NCBI GenBank assembly: GCA_047947115.1 | Contig: CP170459.1 | Location: 4,512,001 to 4,576,000, forward strand | Direction: 5' to 3' | DNA length: 64,000 nt | DNA from: Verrucomicrobiota bacterium | GTDB lineage: Bacteria; Verrucomicrobiota; Verrucomicrobiia; Limisphaerales; AAA164-E04 | Shown here: positions 11,423 to 21,406 of the stretch, piece after piece | Layout: the number at the start of each line of letters is the position of its first letter | Numbering within the stretch: position 1 is the stretch's first letter | Made by a program: the position numbers and the translations under genes | The notes under the pieces: model-generated | What the model saw: the letters and a program-made list of their open reading frames with translations, nothing else | Told to the model about the DNA's origin: nothing | The model's database searches: none

Positions 11423-11973
11423 ATGTTAGCTAGTTGGATGGGATTTTCTGGGGTAGCGGCGTCTGCGGTATCGATTCCGGAACGCCAGAAGGAACGAGCC
11501 CATTGCACGCGAATATCGTCTGCATACCAGCGCCAGTTCCAAAGGTCGGCGAAGAGCGATTCGTAATTCACGCCTATACCTTTACCTGAGGCAAGACGTA
11601 TCCATGAACGCAATTGCTCCACGAGGTCGGAGGGCTCACCAGAAACGATAAGTCGTCGGAAGCGCCGCTCGTAGCTCTCGGGTAGTGCATTATCGGGCGA
11701 GTGAGCGATCGCAATCGCGCGGCACGTATCACCAAAGTTGCGCACATTGGATCCTTCAGGATGTGTTGCAAACAGCGCAGCAATATCAACGTGCACGGAT
11801 TCACCAGGCTGTCCAATACTTCCGCCGAGGCCGACGACCACAGGCCAGGCATTGACGACGGTGGAGCGGCTGAGACCGCGACGCAATGCCGCCATCTTAC
11901 CGCGGTTGTTTTGAATGCGGCGAAGTCTTGCAACGAAGTCAGCAGCACGCTCACTAGGCTTGATTTTGCTCAT
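11419..11973 (-). CDS. cse2: Type I-E Cas11 (Cse2/CasB)
   Basis: GKMAALRR, ERRFRRL, VNYESLFADLWNW..WARSFW. Confidence 0.92.
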   Translation of the reverse strand: MSKIKPSERAADFVARLRRIQNNRGKMAALRRGLSRSTVVNAWPVVVGLGGSIGQPGESVHVDIAALFATHPEGSNVRNFGDTCRAIAIAHSPDNALPESYERRFRRLIVSGEPSDLVEQLRSWIRLASGKGIGVNYESLFADLWNWRWYADDIRVQWARSFWRSGIDTADAATPENPIQLANI

Positions 11974-13450
11974 ACAAATTTCCTTTCTTGTTTTTGGCGA
12001 TTTTGGGTTTTGGGACAGCATTCAGGCGTCTCAGTCCAAGGGCATAGGCCTGAATCTGGCGAGGCGTCTGGCGTGGACAGGATTGTTGATAGGCCTCAAG
12101 TGCGGCGGAGCGGACTGCTTTCCCCCAACCCGATTCAGGGAGTTCCTCGTCAATAGTGAATTCACGAGCAACATCAAACAGTTCAGGAAGACTTTGCTCG
12201 GTGATGGTCCAGAAGTGTTGACGAGCTTTGTTATAAGCCGGAGAAAGCACTTCGAGTTGCGAGGCGTAGACTTTCACTGCTTGAATCAGGATAGATTCTG
12301 CGATCTCGGCGTATTTAACGCCTCGTTCGTAAGCAAGGCGCCCGGGCGTGTCGAGCATTGAACGCGGTATGCGATATTGAGCTTCCACGACATCTTCGAT
12401 CTTAGCCTTGTCCGTAACCAATGCCCCCACCCAAAGGCCCACTTCCGAGAAAGTTACTTCGTGGGATAGCGCCAAAGGGCCTGATATCGAATCGCCGGAA
12501 GACCGTCGACGAATTGTTACGGGAGCCAATTGGCGCCAGAGACTTCGGTCTGTCGAGGCAGGCATCAATCCGTAATCATCCTTCTTTTGGATAATCGTGG
12601 CAGTTGCTTCGCGATAGGTAGGAAAGATCGGATAATCCAGTCCGTTGGCTAGAAGCATCTTGTTTCCGTCCTCGGCCAAACAGACGAAGCGAGTGAGAGG
12701 GACCAAGCGCCCCAGATATGAGGAAGAGGCGTTTTCTAAGGCTGATTGATCAGCGGCGTCAATAGGGGGACAATCCCATATAGGCTTTCCAAATCTCGAA
12801 TAAACATCTCCAACTATCGCCTTGGTCAACAAATTCAAATGGATGGTATCTAATAGGGAATCGCCAAGCAACAACGCATGGAGCATGCTGGAAGATACAC
12901 ATGGAGCGTGGTTACTAGATCCTTTTCCGAGAGTATCTTTACCATGCCACTTCGCAACGCCAATACGCCCCCCGGGAGAAAAACACTGAAATGTCAGTAG
13001 ATTGAGAGCAGCGCGAGAAGCGGAGACCGATCTGTTATCCCCGGCAGAATTGTCGAAAAGAGTCGAGTTGTTACCTGTAGCGAGTGAGAGATCAAGCTTG
13101 GTGGATGAGTTCCCCTCATCTGTATCCTTGCTAGGCTTGAGATTTGAAACCTGCAGAAACCTTTCACTGTCACCGAACAAGTCGAATTTAGTTTTCCTAT
13201 TCTCCAAATACTCCTTCACTAGAGGTTGGATACTTTGCAAGCAATCCTCCCAATCCTCTTCATCCTGAGGACCATCTAATGCGGCCTGTGATATACAAAT
13301 TAACAGACGCATGAGAGCAATGCGTTCGTGTGGTTTCACGGCAAGGTCCCGGAGCTCGTGGGCTTGCGCGAACATCTCTTGCAAGCTGTAAAGCATGCTC
13401 TTGCCGTTATGGCAAACGGCTGGGATCCACGGATCACTGGTCAAATTCAT
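11954..13450 (-). CDS. cse1: Type I-E Cas8e (Cse1/CasA)
   Basis: MNLTSDPWIP start, FDLFG..RFLQ; position between cas3 and cse2. Confidence 0.93.
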   Translation of the reverse strand: MNLTSDPWIPAVCHNGKSMLYSLQEMFAQAHELRDLAVKPHERIALMRLLICISQAALDGPQDEEDWEDCLQSIQPLVKEYLENRKTKFDLFGDSERFLQVSNLKPSKDTDEGNSSTKLDLSLATGNNSTLFDNSAGDNRSVSASRAALNLLTFQCFSPGGRIGVAKWHGKDTLGKGSSNHAPCVSSSMLHALLLGDSLLDTIHLNLLTKAIVGDVYSRFGKPIWDCPPIDAADQSALENASSSYLGRLVPLTRFVCLAEDGNKMLLANGLDYPIFPTYREATATIIQKKDDYGLMPASTDRSLWRQLAPVTIRRRSSGDSISGPLALSHEVTFSEVGLWVGALVTDKAKIEDVVEAQYRIPRSMLDTPGRLAYERGVKYAEIAESILIQAVKVYASQLEVLSPAYNKARQHFWTITEQSLPELFDVAREFTIDEELPESGWGKAVRSAALEAYQQSCPRQTPRQIQAYALGLRRLNAVPKPKIAKNKKGNLYEQNQA

Positions 13451-16067
13451 CGTCGTCTTCACTCCAGGGTTCAGGTTCAGTATGTGGGCGGGTCTTGGCG
13501 GAATGATCGACGAAAACGCCGAAGTCCGGGTGATAGGATGTTGAAGATTTTTCCTCGCCAAAAATGAGATAACCATCGTCAGCCATGCATGCGACTACAG
13601 CATCGTGAGAAACGTGCTCCGTCAACCAGTGTGGACATTGCGCGTCTGACGGCACCAACCACTTGGGTACACGTACGAACCATCTGTGAAGGAACCGGGC
13701 AGCATGGATGCTCCACTCGAAATCGGAAATATTCAAGGTGGATTGTTTGGTGTCCAATGCAGTGAGTCTCCACTGATTAGACGGAAGTTGTTCGATGGAT
13801 TGAAGGATTACCAGAGGGACAGTAGGAGGCCCTTTACGTCGAGTTAGCACTCCATCGTCGTCCGCATTGAGCATGGGAAGGCCTAAAACACGCATGGCAG
13901 ATTCCGCATTGAGGGCGAGCTTTCTTTTCTCAGTCTCCATCATTTCGTACAGTTCAGACCAGCCACATGGTTCATCGTCGGCAGGAAGGGCGTAAGTAGC
14001 TTCAAGGACTTCACGGATTTGAACAGGCACAATAATCTTCGAACGACCTTGCCAGACCTGAGCGCTACGAAGGAGCACATAGGGGGCGTAAACTCTGCCG
14101 CTTCGACCGAGGGCGATTCTCAGCATCTTTGAATTCGCGTCCTCGTCAAGTTGGGGGAGCCGAATCCAAAATTCTGGCTCTTCGGCAGTGCGCTGCCCAA
14201 GCGGACGTTCGTGACGCCAAAGCCGCCCCATACGCTGAACTATCATGTCAGTGGGAGCCAGATCGGACACAATAAAATCGAGATCAATGTCGACACTTTG
14301 TTCGACAACCTGCGTAGCGATCAAGATGGACCCCGGGCCGTCTGATGAACGGTTTTTACCCAGGTGATTCAACCAGTCCTTTTCCAACTCCTGTCTTCGT
14401 TCGAAAGGAAAGCGAGCATGCAGCAAACCTAATTTCACATCCCCCTCTCGCATCTCATCTTTCAGTGCACGAAAGCCCTGTTGTGCTTCTATGACCGTGT
14501 TGCGGATCCAAAGGACATGCTGACCAGCTTCGGCACGGTCGATGAGTTCTTCAAGGACAGTTTCCGTTGAAATTTCCCCAACATGAATTTTAATGGGATA
14601 TGACTTGATCCATTCCGGCTCATGATATTTCACCCCCCCACCCGGAACCGCCTCGGTGACGAGAGGATAAGCGTCAGGGCTTCCAGATTCTGAGCAGCCA
14701 GCGGATGCCAATAGCTCTCGCCTCCTTTGGGTGGTGAGTGTGGCACTGAGAATGATGACAGAGCAGCCGAGATGCAAAAGTTCACGAACCAAGGCACACA
14801 CTAGTGTGCCAGTATAAACGTCGTAGGAATGAATCTCGTCGAGAATCACCACTTTACCTGCAAGACCGAACCTGCGGACAAAGAAATGCTTGACTGTCAC
14901 CATGCTTTGTAAAGCTTGATCGATCGTTCCAACACCGTAAGGCGCAAGAAGTGCTTGCTTACCAGACGCAAACCATGATCGAGCTTCACGAAGTTCATCT
15001 GCAGGATCTTCACCGTCTTTAGGGTTACTAAAACTATAATGAGCTTGTCTAAGCTTTATAACTGGAGTTACTTCTAGCCAAGCATGACTATGAGCAAGGC
15101 GAAGGTGTGCGGTGTCCTCGATTACGTTTTCAAGAAAATCTGCAACACGCAAGTGAATGCGATTACTGGTTACCTGAGTAGGTAAGGCAAAGTAAAATCC
15201 ATGGTGGTGGCCGGCATTAATCCACTTTTGAGCAACATGAAGGGCGGCCTCGGTTTTACCGCACCCCATCGGGGCTTCAACAATGACGATGCCTGGCTTG
15301 GTGACAGCAACACATTGCTGAACCGAATTCGGCTCGAATCCGGGCGAAATCTTTGATGAAAATGCTTTATCGAATGCAGTAAGCCGCAATTTTCCTCCAG
15401 GCCAGCCTATGACTGCCAGCGCTCTCTTTGCCTGCTTTCGAGCCTGCGACAAAGACACACCACGTTCAGATGAAAAAAATTCTTCATTTGAACCAATCCA
15501 GTCAGCAACCGTAATCAATCCGGCCAACAACCAAAGATCGGAATGGTATCGACTGAATCGTTTACTAGGTGCTTCGGCTGGAAGCGGCCCGAATATCTGA
15601 ATCAATTCTGCAGCAACAGCTTGACGGTGAACCGACGCCCAATCGCCGGCAGCTTCGAATTCGAACCTGGCGTTTCGTCCCTTAGGCCGGCCATGGTGCG
15701 CTCCGACGGCAGCGGCCCAAAGATGGGCCTTGGAAGGCTTGAGCAGAGTTTGAAGAAAAACCTGGCTGACAAGCGCGTGATCCGAAACTGATGCGGTGGC
15801 CATTCTCCTGATGGACTCGTCGAGCTCGACTGGAAACCGCCACTTAGCACATTTCATTTGAAACCCAAGCGTGATTTTCCCAATGTCATGCAGTGCCGCC
15901 AAAATTGAAGCCCCCTCAGAAAATTCCCTTTTCACGTTCTCTGGTAATAAGGAAAGGAAAGCTTCCGCCACGAACCCAACATTTACGCAATGGTCAAAGA
16001 CAGACAAACCCGGTTCTCCAGAGGGAGTTGTCTTTGCCCAGAACTGATTATAATTAAGCTGGTTCAT
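13434..16067 (-). CDS. cas3: Cas3 HD nuclease-helicase
   Basis: HDIGK, HHG, ADWIGS, APMGCGKTEAA, DEIH, SAT, TQVVEQSVDID, QRMGRLWRH. Confidence 0.97.
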   Translation of the reverse strand: MNQLNYNQFWAKTTPSGEPGLSVFDHCVNVGFVAEAFLSLLPENVKREFSEGASILAALHDIGKITLGFQMKCAKWRFPVELDESIRRMATASVSDHALVSQVFLQTLLKPSKAHLWAAAVGAHHGRPKGRNARFEFEAAGDWASVHRQAVAAELIQIFGPLPAEAPSKRFSRYHSDLWLLAGLITVADWIGSNEEFFSSERGVSLSQARKQAKRALAVIGWPGGKLRLTAFDKAFSSKISPGFEPNSVQQCVAVTKPGIVIVEAPMGCGKTEAALHVAQKWINAGHHHGFYFALPTQVTSNRIHLRVADFLENVIEDTAHLRLAHSHAWLEVTPVIKLRQAHYSFSNPKDGEDPADELREARSWFASGKQALLAPYGVGTIDQALQSMVTVKHFFVRRFGLAGKVVILDEIHSYDVYTGTLVCALVRELLHLGCSVIILSATLTTQRRRELLASAGCSESGSPDAYPLVTEAVPGGGVKYHEPEWIKSYPIKIHVGEISTETVLEELIDRAEAGQHVLWIRNTVIEAQQGFRALKDEMREGDVKLGLLHARFPFERRQELEKDWLNHLGKNRSSDGPGSILIATQVVEQSVDIDLDFIVSDLAPTDMIVQRMGRLWRHERPLGQRTAEEPEFWIRLPQLDEDANSKMLRIALGRSGRVYAPYVLLRSAQVWQGRSKIIVPVQIREVLEATYALPADDEPCGWSELYEMMETEKRKLALNAESAMRVLGLPMLNADDDGVLTRRKGPPTVPLVILQSIEQLPSNQWRLTALDTKQSTLNISDFEWSIHAARFLHRWFVRVPKWLVPSDAQCPHWLTEHVSHDAVVACMADDGYLIFGEEKSSTSYHPDFGVFVDHSAKTRPHTEPEPWSEDDDEFDQ

Positions 16068-16288
16068 TAGCTCGAAAGGTCGTTAGATTTTCTTTTTCCA
16101 ACAAGATTTTTTTGTTAATTAATTCGGGCTAAGTTTTAAACAAACATAGAGCTCGTTTGTCGTCAACACAAACAAACAGACCGATCAGATATTCACGATC
16201 ATTTCTAGGCTTCATACAAGTCTATCTCGGAAATCGAGCTTGCACCAAAAATCTTTAAACAGATTCAAAAAAAAAATTCTTCGTCCGG

Positions 16289-17413
16289 TTAGCGGATCCA
16301 ACAAACCTCCCCAAATCCGCAAGGAGATCTTACCATAGACCCAGATTCCAACACCCAAAGTAACTCCTGCTCAGGAGCGCGATCGGGTATTGAGCCATAA
16401 CCATCTGTAAAATACACCAGCAAGGCATCATCATGGTCGGGATGTTCCATCTCCTTGAAAAATGGTCTGAAATCAGTTCCTCCGCCCCCTTTGGGCAGCA
16501 AGGCCTCTTGATCCTCCAGATCATACGGGCCATGCAGTTCGGTGTCAGCGTAGTAAATTAACAGGTCCAAGTGGGGGTATGAAGCAACAATGCCACGTAG
16601 TTCTGCCATGAATTTTCCCAGGTCTTGGGGGCTTATCGACCCACTGGTGTCGATGCAAACCCGGACCTTGAGGCTCTCTCCCTGCAGGTCCTCGAGGTAG
16701 AGACCGGAACCGATGAAACGACGATCGAATCCATCAAAATCGACTTGGCTACTGGCAAGAAACCGCCAGAGGAGGGTGCGCCAGTCGAGCGACGGTTCCA
16801 GAGCTTCATCCACCGCCCGAAGAAGACCTGCGGGCAGTTGTCCAAAAGCGTCTTCCCCTGTGAGCATGCGGGCCCGTGAAAAAGCCGATGCCCAGAATGT
16901 TCTTTGTTCGCGTTCTTCTGAGGCGTCATCGATTCCTGCACCGTCATGGTTTGAACGGGTCCGAACCAGGTCGTGCCATTCAGCACTGAGGGTGTAGGGC
17001 TTGCTGTATGTGCTGAGTCGATCATAGGCTTCCTCAACTTCAAGATCTTTGAGCCTGAAATCTTCTATAGGGCTGAAGGGCAACTCCAGATCCTTTATCT
17101 CACGGACCATTCCGTTGATGACAATGTCAGCGGCGATATTCCATTGTTCGGGATCCCTTTGTCCGCACCTTGAGGAGTGGCGGAGGGCAGCGTGAAGTAT
17201 CTCATGCACCATGACGCCATCGAGTTCTCGGGCATTGATGGAACAGACAAATTGAGGATTGAACCTGATCCATTTACCATTGGTGCACGCCGTGGGTATT
17301 GCCTCATCCAAATGGTGATCGATGAACAGTGCCAGAGCTCCAAAGAATGGTTGACGGGCTCGTAGTCTCACGAGAGATCCTTCCAGCCGCAGGGTTGCTT
17401 CTTCAGTGCTCAT
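16289..17413 (-). CDS. Predicted HEXXH metallopeptidase + vWA-like domain protein (DUF2201-like)
   Basis: HEILH zincin motif, WNIAADIVIN, MIDAS DTSGS, GGGGTDFRP, YFTDG. Confidence 0.85.
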   Translation of the reverse strand: MSTEEATLRLEGSLVRLRARQPFFGALALFIDHHLDEAIPTACTNGKWIRFNPQFVCSINARELDGVMVHEILHAALRHSSRCGQRDPEQWNIAADIVINGMVREIKDLELPFSPIEDFRLKDLEVEEAYDRLSTYSKPYTLSAEWHDLVRTRSNHDGAGIDDASEEREQRTFWASAFSRARMLTGEDAFGQLPAGLLRAVDEALEPSLDWRTLLWRFLASSQVDFDGFDRRFIGSGLYLEDLQGESLKVRVCIDTSGSISPQDLGKFMAELRGIVASYPHLDLLIYYADTELHGPYDLEDQEALLPKGGGGTDFRPFFKEMEHPDHDDALLVYFTDGYGSIPDRAPEQELLWVLESGSMVRSPCGFGEVCWIR

Positions 17414-18405
17414 GCGGCTTGCAACAGGTGTTTGAGAAACGGTTTAAGTTTGGGTTCATTGGCCAGTATGGTGGCCAGTTCTCCAAGTTGCCCGTTGCTT
17501 TTTGCTCTCGAATAAACGACGTGGATAAAAAGTTGACACCACTCAGGTTTTGCCTGACTGACCAGCCACGAGAAAGCAAAACGGATGGCCTCTGACTCAG
17601 TCGCGCGATGCCCTAGTCCAAGAGTCAGCGCATACCGCTGTGAAGGCTCATTCGGAAAGTCGATTTTTGCGCCACAACCGTTCAGGATGTGCTCAAGATT
17701 AGGCAAGTCCTGATAGACCTTTAGAAAGGATTCAAACTCTAGAGCGGTTCCATCACCCACGGCTGCCGTTATTGGGCTGCCTATAGTGTGCAACTCTGAA
17801 GCCATTTGCCATGTGCGCGGGGACGGCCATGCGGAGTTTTTAGTATCCAACTGGTGCAGGAGTTCAGGTCGATAATTGATGAATGCAAGAACTTGTTCAT
17901 GAATGCCATTGTCAATTGCCCAATGTCTGAAACTTGTCAGATCGGGCTCCACTTCAAAGTGCAGGAATCGGTTGGCCAAAGGAGCTGGCATCTGGTGAAC
18001 CGAAGCACGATCTTCTCTTCGATTGCCAGCAGCCCAGATCACCCAGCCATCGGGCACGCTGTAGCTGCCGACTTTACGATCCAAAATCAATTGCTGTGCG
18101 ATGCCCTGAATGGCCGGAGGAGCCAAGTTGATTTCATCCAGAAATAATATCCCTTTACCCTCTTGTGGCAGGAATTCCGGTGGGAGCCAACGCGCCGTCT
18201 CACCGGAAGCCACAGGCAATCCCCGCAGATCAGTAGGCGCTAGTTGGCTGAGACGCAGGTCGATGATCTCGAGATCTTGTTGCCTTGCTAAATCTGCGAC
18301 AATGGAAGATTTACCAATGCCAGGAGGTCCCCAGATCATCACCGAACGATGGATCTTGTGTTCAAGTAGTTTAGTAAGTTGTTGATGAAGTTGGGTGGGT
18401 GTCAT
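17410..18405 (-). CDS. MoxR-like AAA+ ATPase
   Basis: Walker A GPPGIGKS, Walker B LFLDE, AAGN, LANRF. Overlaps both neighbours by 4 bp. Confidence 0.9.
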   Translation of the reverse strand: MTPTQLHQQLTKLLEHKIHRSVMIWGPPGIGKSSIVADLARQQDLEIIDLRLSQLAPTDLRGLPVASGETARWLPPEFLPQEGKGILFLDEINLAPPAIQGIAQQLILDRKVGSYSVPDGWVIWAAGNRREDRASVHQMPAPLANRFLHFEVEPDLTSFRHWAIDNGIHEQVLAFINYRPELLHQLDTKNSAWPSPRTWQMASELHTIGSPITAAVGDGTALEFESFLKVYQDLPNLEHILNGCGAKIDFPNEPSQRYALTLGLGHRATESEAIRFAFSWLVSQAKPEWCQLFIHVVYSRAKSNGQLGELATILANEPKLKPFLKHLLQAA

Positions 18406-20555
18406 GCCTTGGTTGGGTAAGGGTTTTCGGTCTCAAACTGAAGATTATCTCTAACAGCCGCACGAACAAGCGGGTGGCGATCCCGGGAAAGCCCATCACG
18501 CAGGTAGGGGTGTAGGCTCGGCTCCAAAGCGGTAACCGCCCTGACAAACCAGTGTTTGTCCCGGGTCAGGATCCGGTGTCGGATTCGGTCCTTGCGGTCC
18601 CAAAGGGCTAGGCAGGATCTATACCAGGGGTTGCGGCTGTAGAGCAGATCATCGGCTCCCTTGTTTGCCTGCTCCAGAAAATGGTCGCGTGCCGGGCATT
18701 CTGCTGACTGTAGGAAGCCGCTGATGGTGGCCTTCTGGATCAGAGGCTCGGGGTCCTTCATCAATCGGTTTAAGGCCTGGGGGCTAGTCCAAGGATCATT
18801 AGCAAGCAACCACCGCAAGGCGGGGTGTTCATCTTTCAACAATGCAGACTCGAACTTTTTGAAAAACGTAGGATACCGTTTGAGTTCGCTGGCCCGCTCC
18901 CAAAGCACCAATTTGGCAGCTTGCTCACGAATGGCAACCTCCTTAACCGCAAAAAGCGGCAACGAGTCTTGAAAACATTGCCAGGTCCGTTTGCTGAGGA
19001 CCTCCAGTGCGACCTCAGGCACTGGGTCCTTGACCAGCTGGCTGAGGTCCTCCCCGCTGATCCTCCAGTCCCGACAGATCTTCTTACGAATCTCAGGATC
19101 AGGATCACGGGTTAATTCGGAAAGGGTGTGGGCATAATGCTCTCCGCGATAGCGTGTGTGACTATGTGCCAGATAGTAATCGGCCACGGCATGACGGACC
19201 GAGCTGTCAGGGTCTTTGACAAGCTGAGGCCTCAGTGAGGAAGCCGGTCGCCCTGGCAGCCTGGCAGCAGCGGCCCTGAGCCTGGGGTCTTCGTGTCGGG
19301 CTGCCTTACCAACCAGGAAGGAATGGGCTGATGGATGAACCAGTGGGATCAGCTCATCAGCGGTTTTGGTCTTGATCAGCTCTTTGGCAACCTCCCTGCT
19401 AGGCTTTGGATTATCGAAAAGCGCCTGACGGATGGTGCCACCAAGGCCCCATAAGCGCTTCTCGGTTGTCCTGGAAAGGCCTTCCTTTCGCGCCAAAGCC
19501 TCGAACCAAGAGGACCGGAACCCTTTACCTATCAATTCCTCCACAGTCTCCTCAACAGCCTGATCGTCGATAGGCCATTCTAGTTTTATCTGCTCCCAAG
19601 CGGCTTGGCTGACGGACGGCTGGGAGTGGCGCGTCATCCGCCATAAAAAACGTGAATCAGTTCGCCAGTTTTGGGCCACGATTAAGGCGACTTGTGGCGC
19701 CTCTTCAAATGCCTGGTCGATCATTCGATACAAAAGGTCACGGGAACGTCCTTCCAGGCCACTGCGTCGCCAATCACGACACAGGGCAAAACTCACAAAA
19801 AACTCGGGCTTTTCGTGCTCAAGGGCATATTCAAACATGTCATCCTGTGCATAATCCTGAGCTAAATTGAGCGCTCGAATGCATAAATGTGGGTTGTGTT
19901 GAAGTTTGCGAGCAATTGCCAATACATCACCAACGACCTCGTTGGGTTTCTTGATGAAACGTTCTGCATACGGATGATCGGAGTCAGGATTTTGCCAAAG
20001 CGAACCGAGAGTGATCCGATGGTTACTGAGGTTTTTTATTACCCCCTTACCGACATCGAAGGAGGAATCCTTCAGGAATGGGACCAGGTGCGATGCTGGA
20101 AGCTTCTCTGCCGCTTTTTTGCGTACATTTTTGGACGGGTCACTAGCCAGTGCCGCCACATAATCTTCAACCAAGGCCGGCTTTCTGCTCAATAATCTGC
20201 CTAGTAAGCTCCATTTACCCATGCTTTGCCACTCAAGAAAATCCTCACAATCTTCGAGCCGCTGCGCTTCGGTGATGTAACTTTCAAGCACTTTCGTATC
20301 TTTTCTGTGGATCAGGTAAGTGTACAAACTCAGACGACAAACGTCCGGTAAAAGTCCATGTAAGGATTTTCCCTCGTTCAAAGACTTCAATGCCAAGATA
20401 GGATTATCCAACATGGCCTGGGGTTGGTCTATCCAAAGATTGATCAGCTCTTCCCATGGAGTTGATGGATTCAGAGCACGTCCCCCGGCTGCTTCGCAGG
20501 TATACGAGGACGTTTTTGGTTCTGACGCTCGGTTGTTTTGACCAACATCATTCAT
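18402..20555 (-). CDS. HEAT / leucine-rich-variant repeat protein
   Basis: NPSTP..L..P..LDNP N-terminus; repeated L..DP...VR..vA units. Confidence 0.8.
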   Translation of the reverse strand: MNDVGQNNRASEPKTSSYTCEAAGGRALNPSTPWEELINLWIDQPQAMLDNPILALKSLNEGKSLHGLLPDVCRLSLYTYLIHRKDTKVLESYITEAQRLEDCEDFLEWQSMGKWSLLGRLLSRKPALVEDYVAALASDPSKNVRKKAAEKLPASHLVPFLKDSSFDVGKGVIKNLSNHRITLGSLWQNPDSDHPYAERFIKKPNEVVGDVLAIARKLQHNPHLCIRALNLAQDYAQDDMFEYALEHEKPEFFVSFALCRDWRRSGLEGRSRDLLYRMIDQAFEEAPQVALIVAQNWRTDSRFLWRMTRHSQPSVSQAAWEQIKLEWPIDDQAVEETVEELIGKGFRSSWFEALARKEGLSRTTEKRLWGLGGTIRQALFDNPKPSREVAKELIKTKTADELIPLVHPSAHSFLVGKAARHEDPRLRAAAARLPGRPASSLRPQLVKDPDSSVRHAVADYYLAHSHTRYRGEHYAHTLSELTRDPDPEIRKKICRDWRISGEDLSQLVKDPVPEVALEVLSKRTWQCFQDSLPLFAVKEVAIREQAAKLVLWERASELKRYPTFFKKFESALLKDEHPALRWLLANDPWTSPQALNRLMKDPEPLIQKATISGFLQSAECPARDHFLEQANKGADDLLYSRNPWYRSCLALWDRKDRIRHRILTRDKHWFVRAVTALEPSLHPYLRDGLSRDRHPLVRAAVRDNLQFETENPYPTKA

Positions 20556-20579
20556 ACGATGGTAATTTAGTGGATGGGG

Positions 20580-20598
20580 TAGGACAAAAACTGTCCTA
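20580..20598. promoter_or_regulatory. Inverted repeat TAGGACA-N5-TGTCCTA, operator-like
   Basis: Perfect 7-bp arms, 25 bp upstream of the HEAT gene start. Confidence 0.5.
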
Positions 20599-20606
20599 GG
20601 CTTGTA

Positions 20607-20774
20607 TTAAATGGATTTATTGTCTTCATCTAAAGTCTCTGGGGGTTTGTTGTTGTTGTCGTCTTCGCTGGTTTTTTCATGATAGGCTTTCCAAACCTCA
20701 TCAGGAATTAGGGTCAGTGCGCTTCCTGCTTCCAGGTAAAGCTCACGCAAAGAGTCGTCTTTAGAATCAGGCAT
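20607..20774 (-). CDS. Small acidic hypothetical protein (55 aa)
   Basis: ATG overlaps the upstream stop (ATGCCTGA). Confidence 0.45.
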   Translation of the reverse strand: MPDSKDDSLRELYLEAGSALTLIPDEVWKAYHEKTSEDDNNNKPPETLDEDNKSI

Positions 20775-21009
20775 TTTGGACCCCTTCTTTTGAATTCGAA
20801 ACAACATTTTTCCAACCGTCACGAAGCAATGAATTCCGTTTCTGGTGGGCCTTGGTGCGGGATTTTGTGTGGAGATTCACTCGGAACCGTTCCTGTCGGA
20901 ATCCATCCTTAATCGCCCAGAAGTGGCACCACCAGGTGCCGTGATTTTGGAATAGGTGATGGTCGGGATTATTTTTCCGAACCCGCACCGAAAGACTCCA
21001 GCTACTCAT
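20767..21009 (-). CDS. Small basic protein resembling a three-stranded DNA-binding (integrase arm-like) domain
   Basis: NPDHHLFQNHGTWW..ERFRVNLHTK..KAHQKRN pattern; coupled to both neighbours. Confidence 0.65.
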   Translation of the reverse strand: MSSWSLSVRVRKNNPDHHLFQNHGTWWCHFWAIKDGFRQERFRVNLHTKSRTKAHQKRNSLLRDGWKNVVSNSKEGVQNA

Positions 21010-21190
21010 TGTTCGCCTCCTTCGGTTGATGATTGCATGTCTGGCCTGTCTCGACTACCCGAGGAATCCTGCGGATGGGGATCACGATGAGTTGCTCACC
21101 GTCTTTCAAGAAGGAGCTTTTGCCCTCTATGTTGATTTGATCAGGCTGACGCGATGACGCGTTACCTGTCGTTTGTTTTTTGTCTGTCAT
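21002..21190 (-). CDS. Small hypothetical protein (62 aa), first ORF after the riboswitch
   Basis: Starts ~45 nt after the terminator; stop overlaps the next ATG. Confidence 0.45.
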   Translation of the reverse strand: MTDKKQTTGNASSRQPDQINIEGKSSFLKDGEQLIVIPIRRIPRVVETGQTCNHQPKEANNE

Positions 21191-21233
21191 GGCTCAATGT
21201 TTTTTCTGGTTTCATTGGCCACCAGGATCTGGA

Positions 21234-21272
21234 AATACAAAAGACCCGCACTCCAATCAGGAACGCGGGTCT
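21234..21272 (-). terminator. Intrinsic terminator (riboswitch expression platform)
   Basis: Minus strand AGACCCGCGTTCC-TGATT-GGAGTGCGGGTCT followed by TTTGTATT. Confidence 0.85.
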
Positions 21273-21282
21273 AAAATCCGGA

Positions 21283-21400
21283 GGAGACTTACTTTCCACT
21301 CAATTGAGTGGCTCATCCGATACTTTTCAGTATCGAAGGCACCTTGGCTCTCCCAGCCAGGTTGCCAGGTCTTGCAACTTGCAGGACCGTTCCTGATGAC
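21283..21400 (-). ncRNA. SAM riboswitch aptamer, SAM-I/IV variant
   Basis: P1 TCATC/GATGA; P2 GGTC..GACC; P3 GGCAACC..GGTGCC core; P4 CGATACT-GAAA-AGTATCG; P5 CCACTC-AATT-GAGTGG; L3 GGAGA complementary to 3' TCTCC (PK-2). Confidence 0.88.
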
Positions 21401-21406
21401 GACTTC

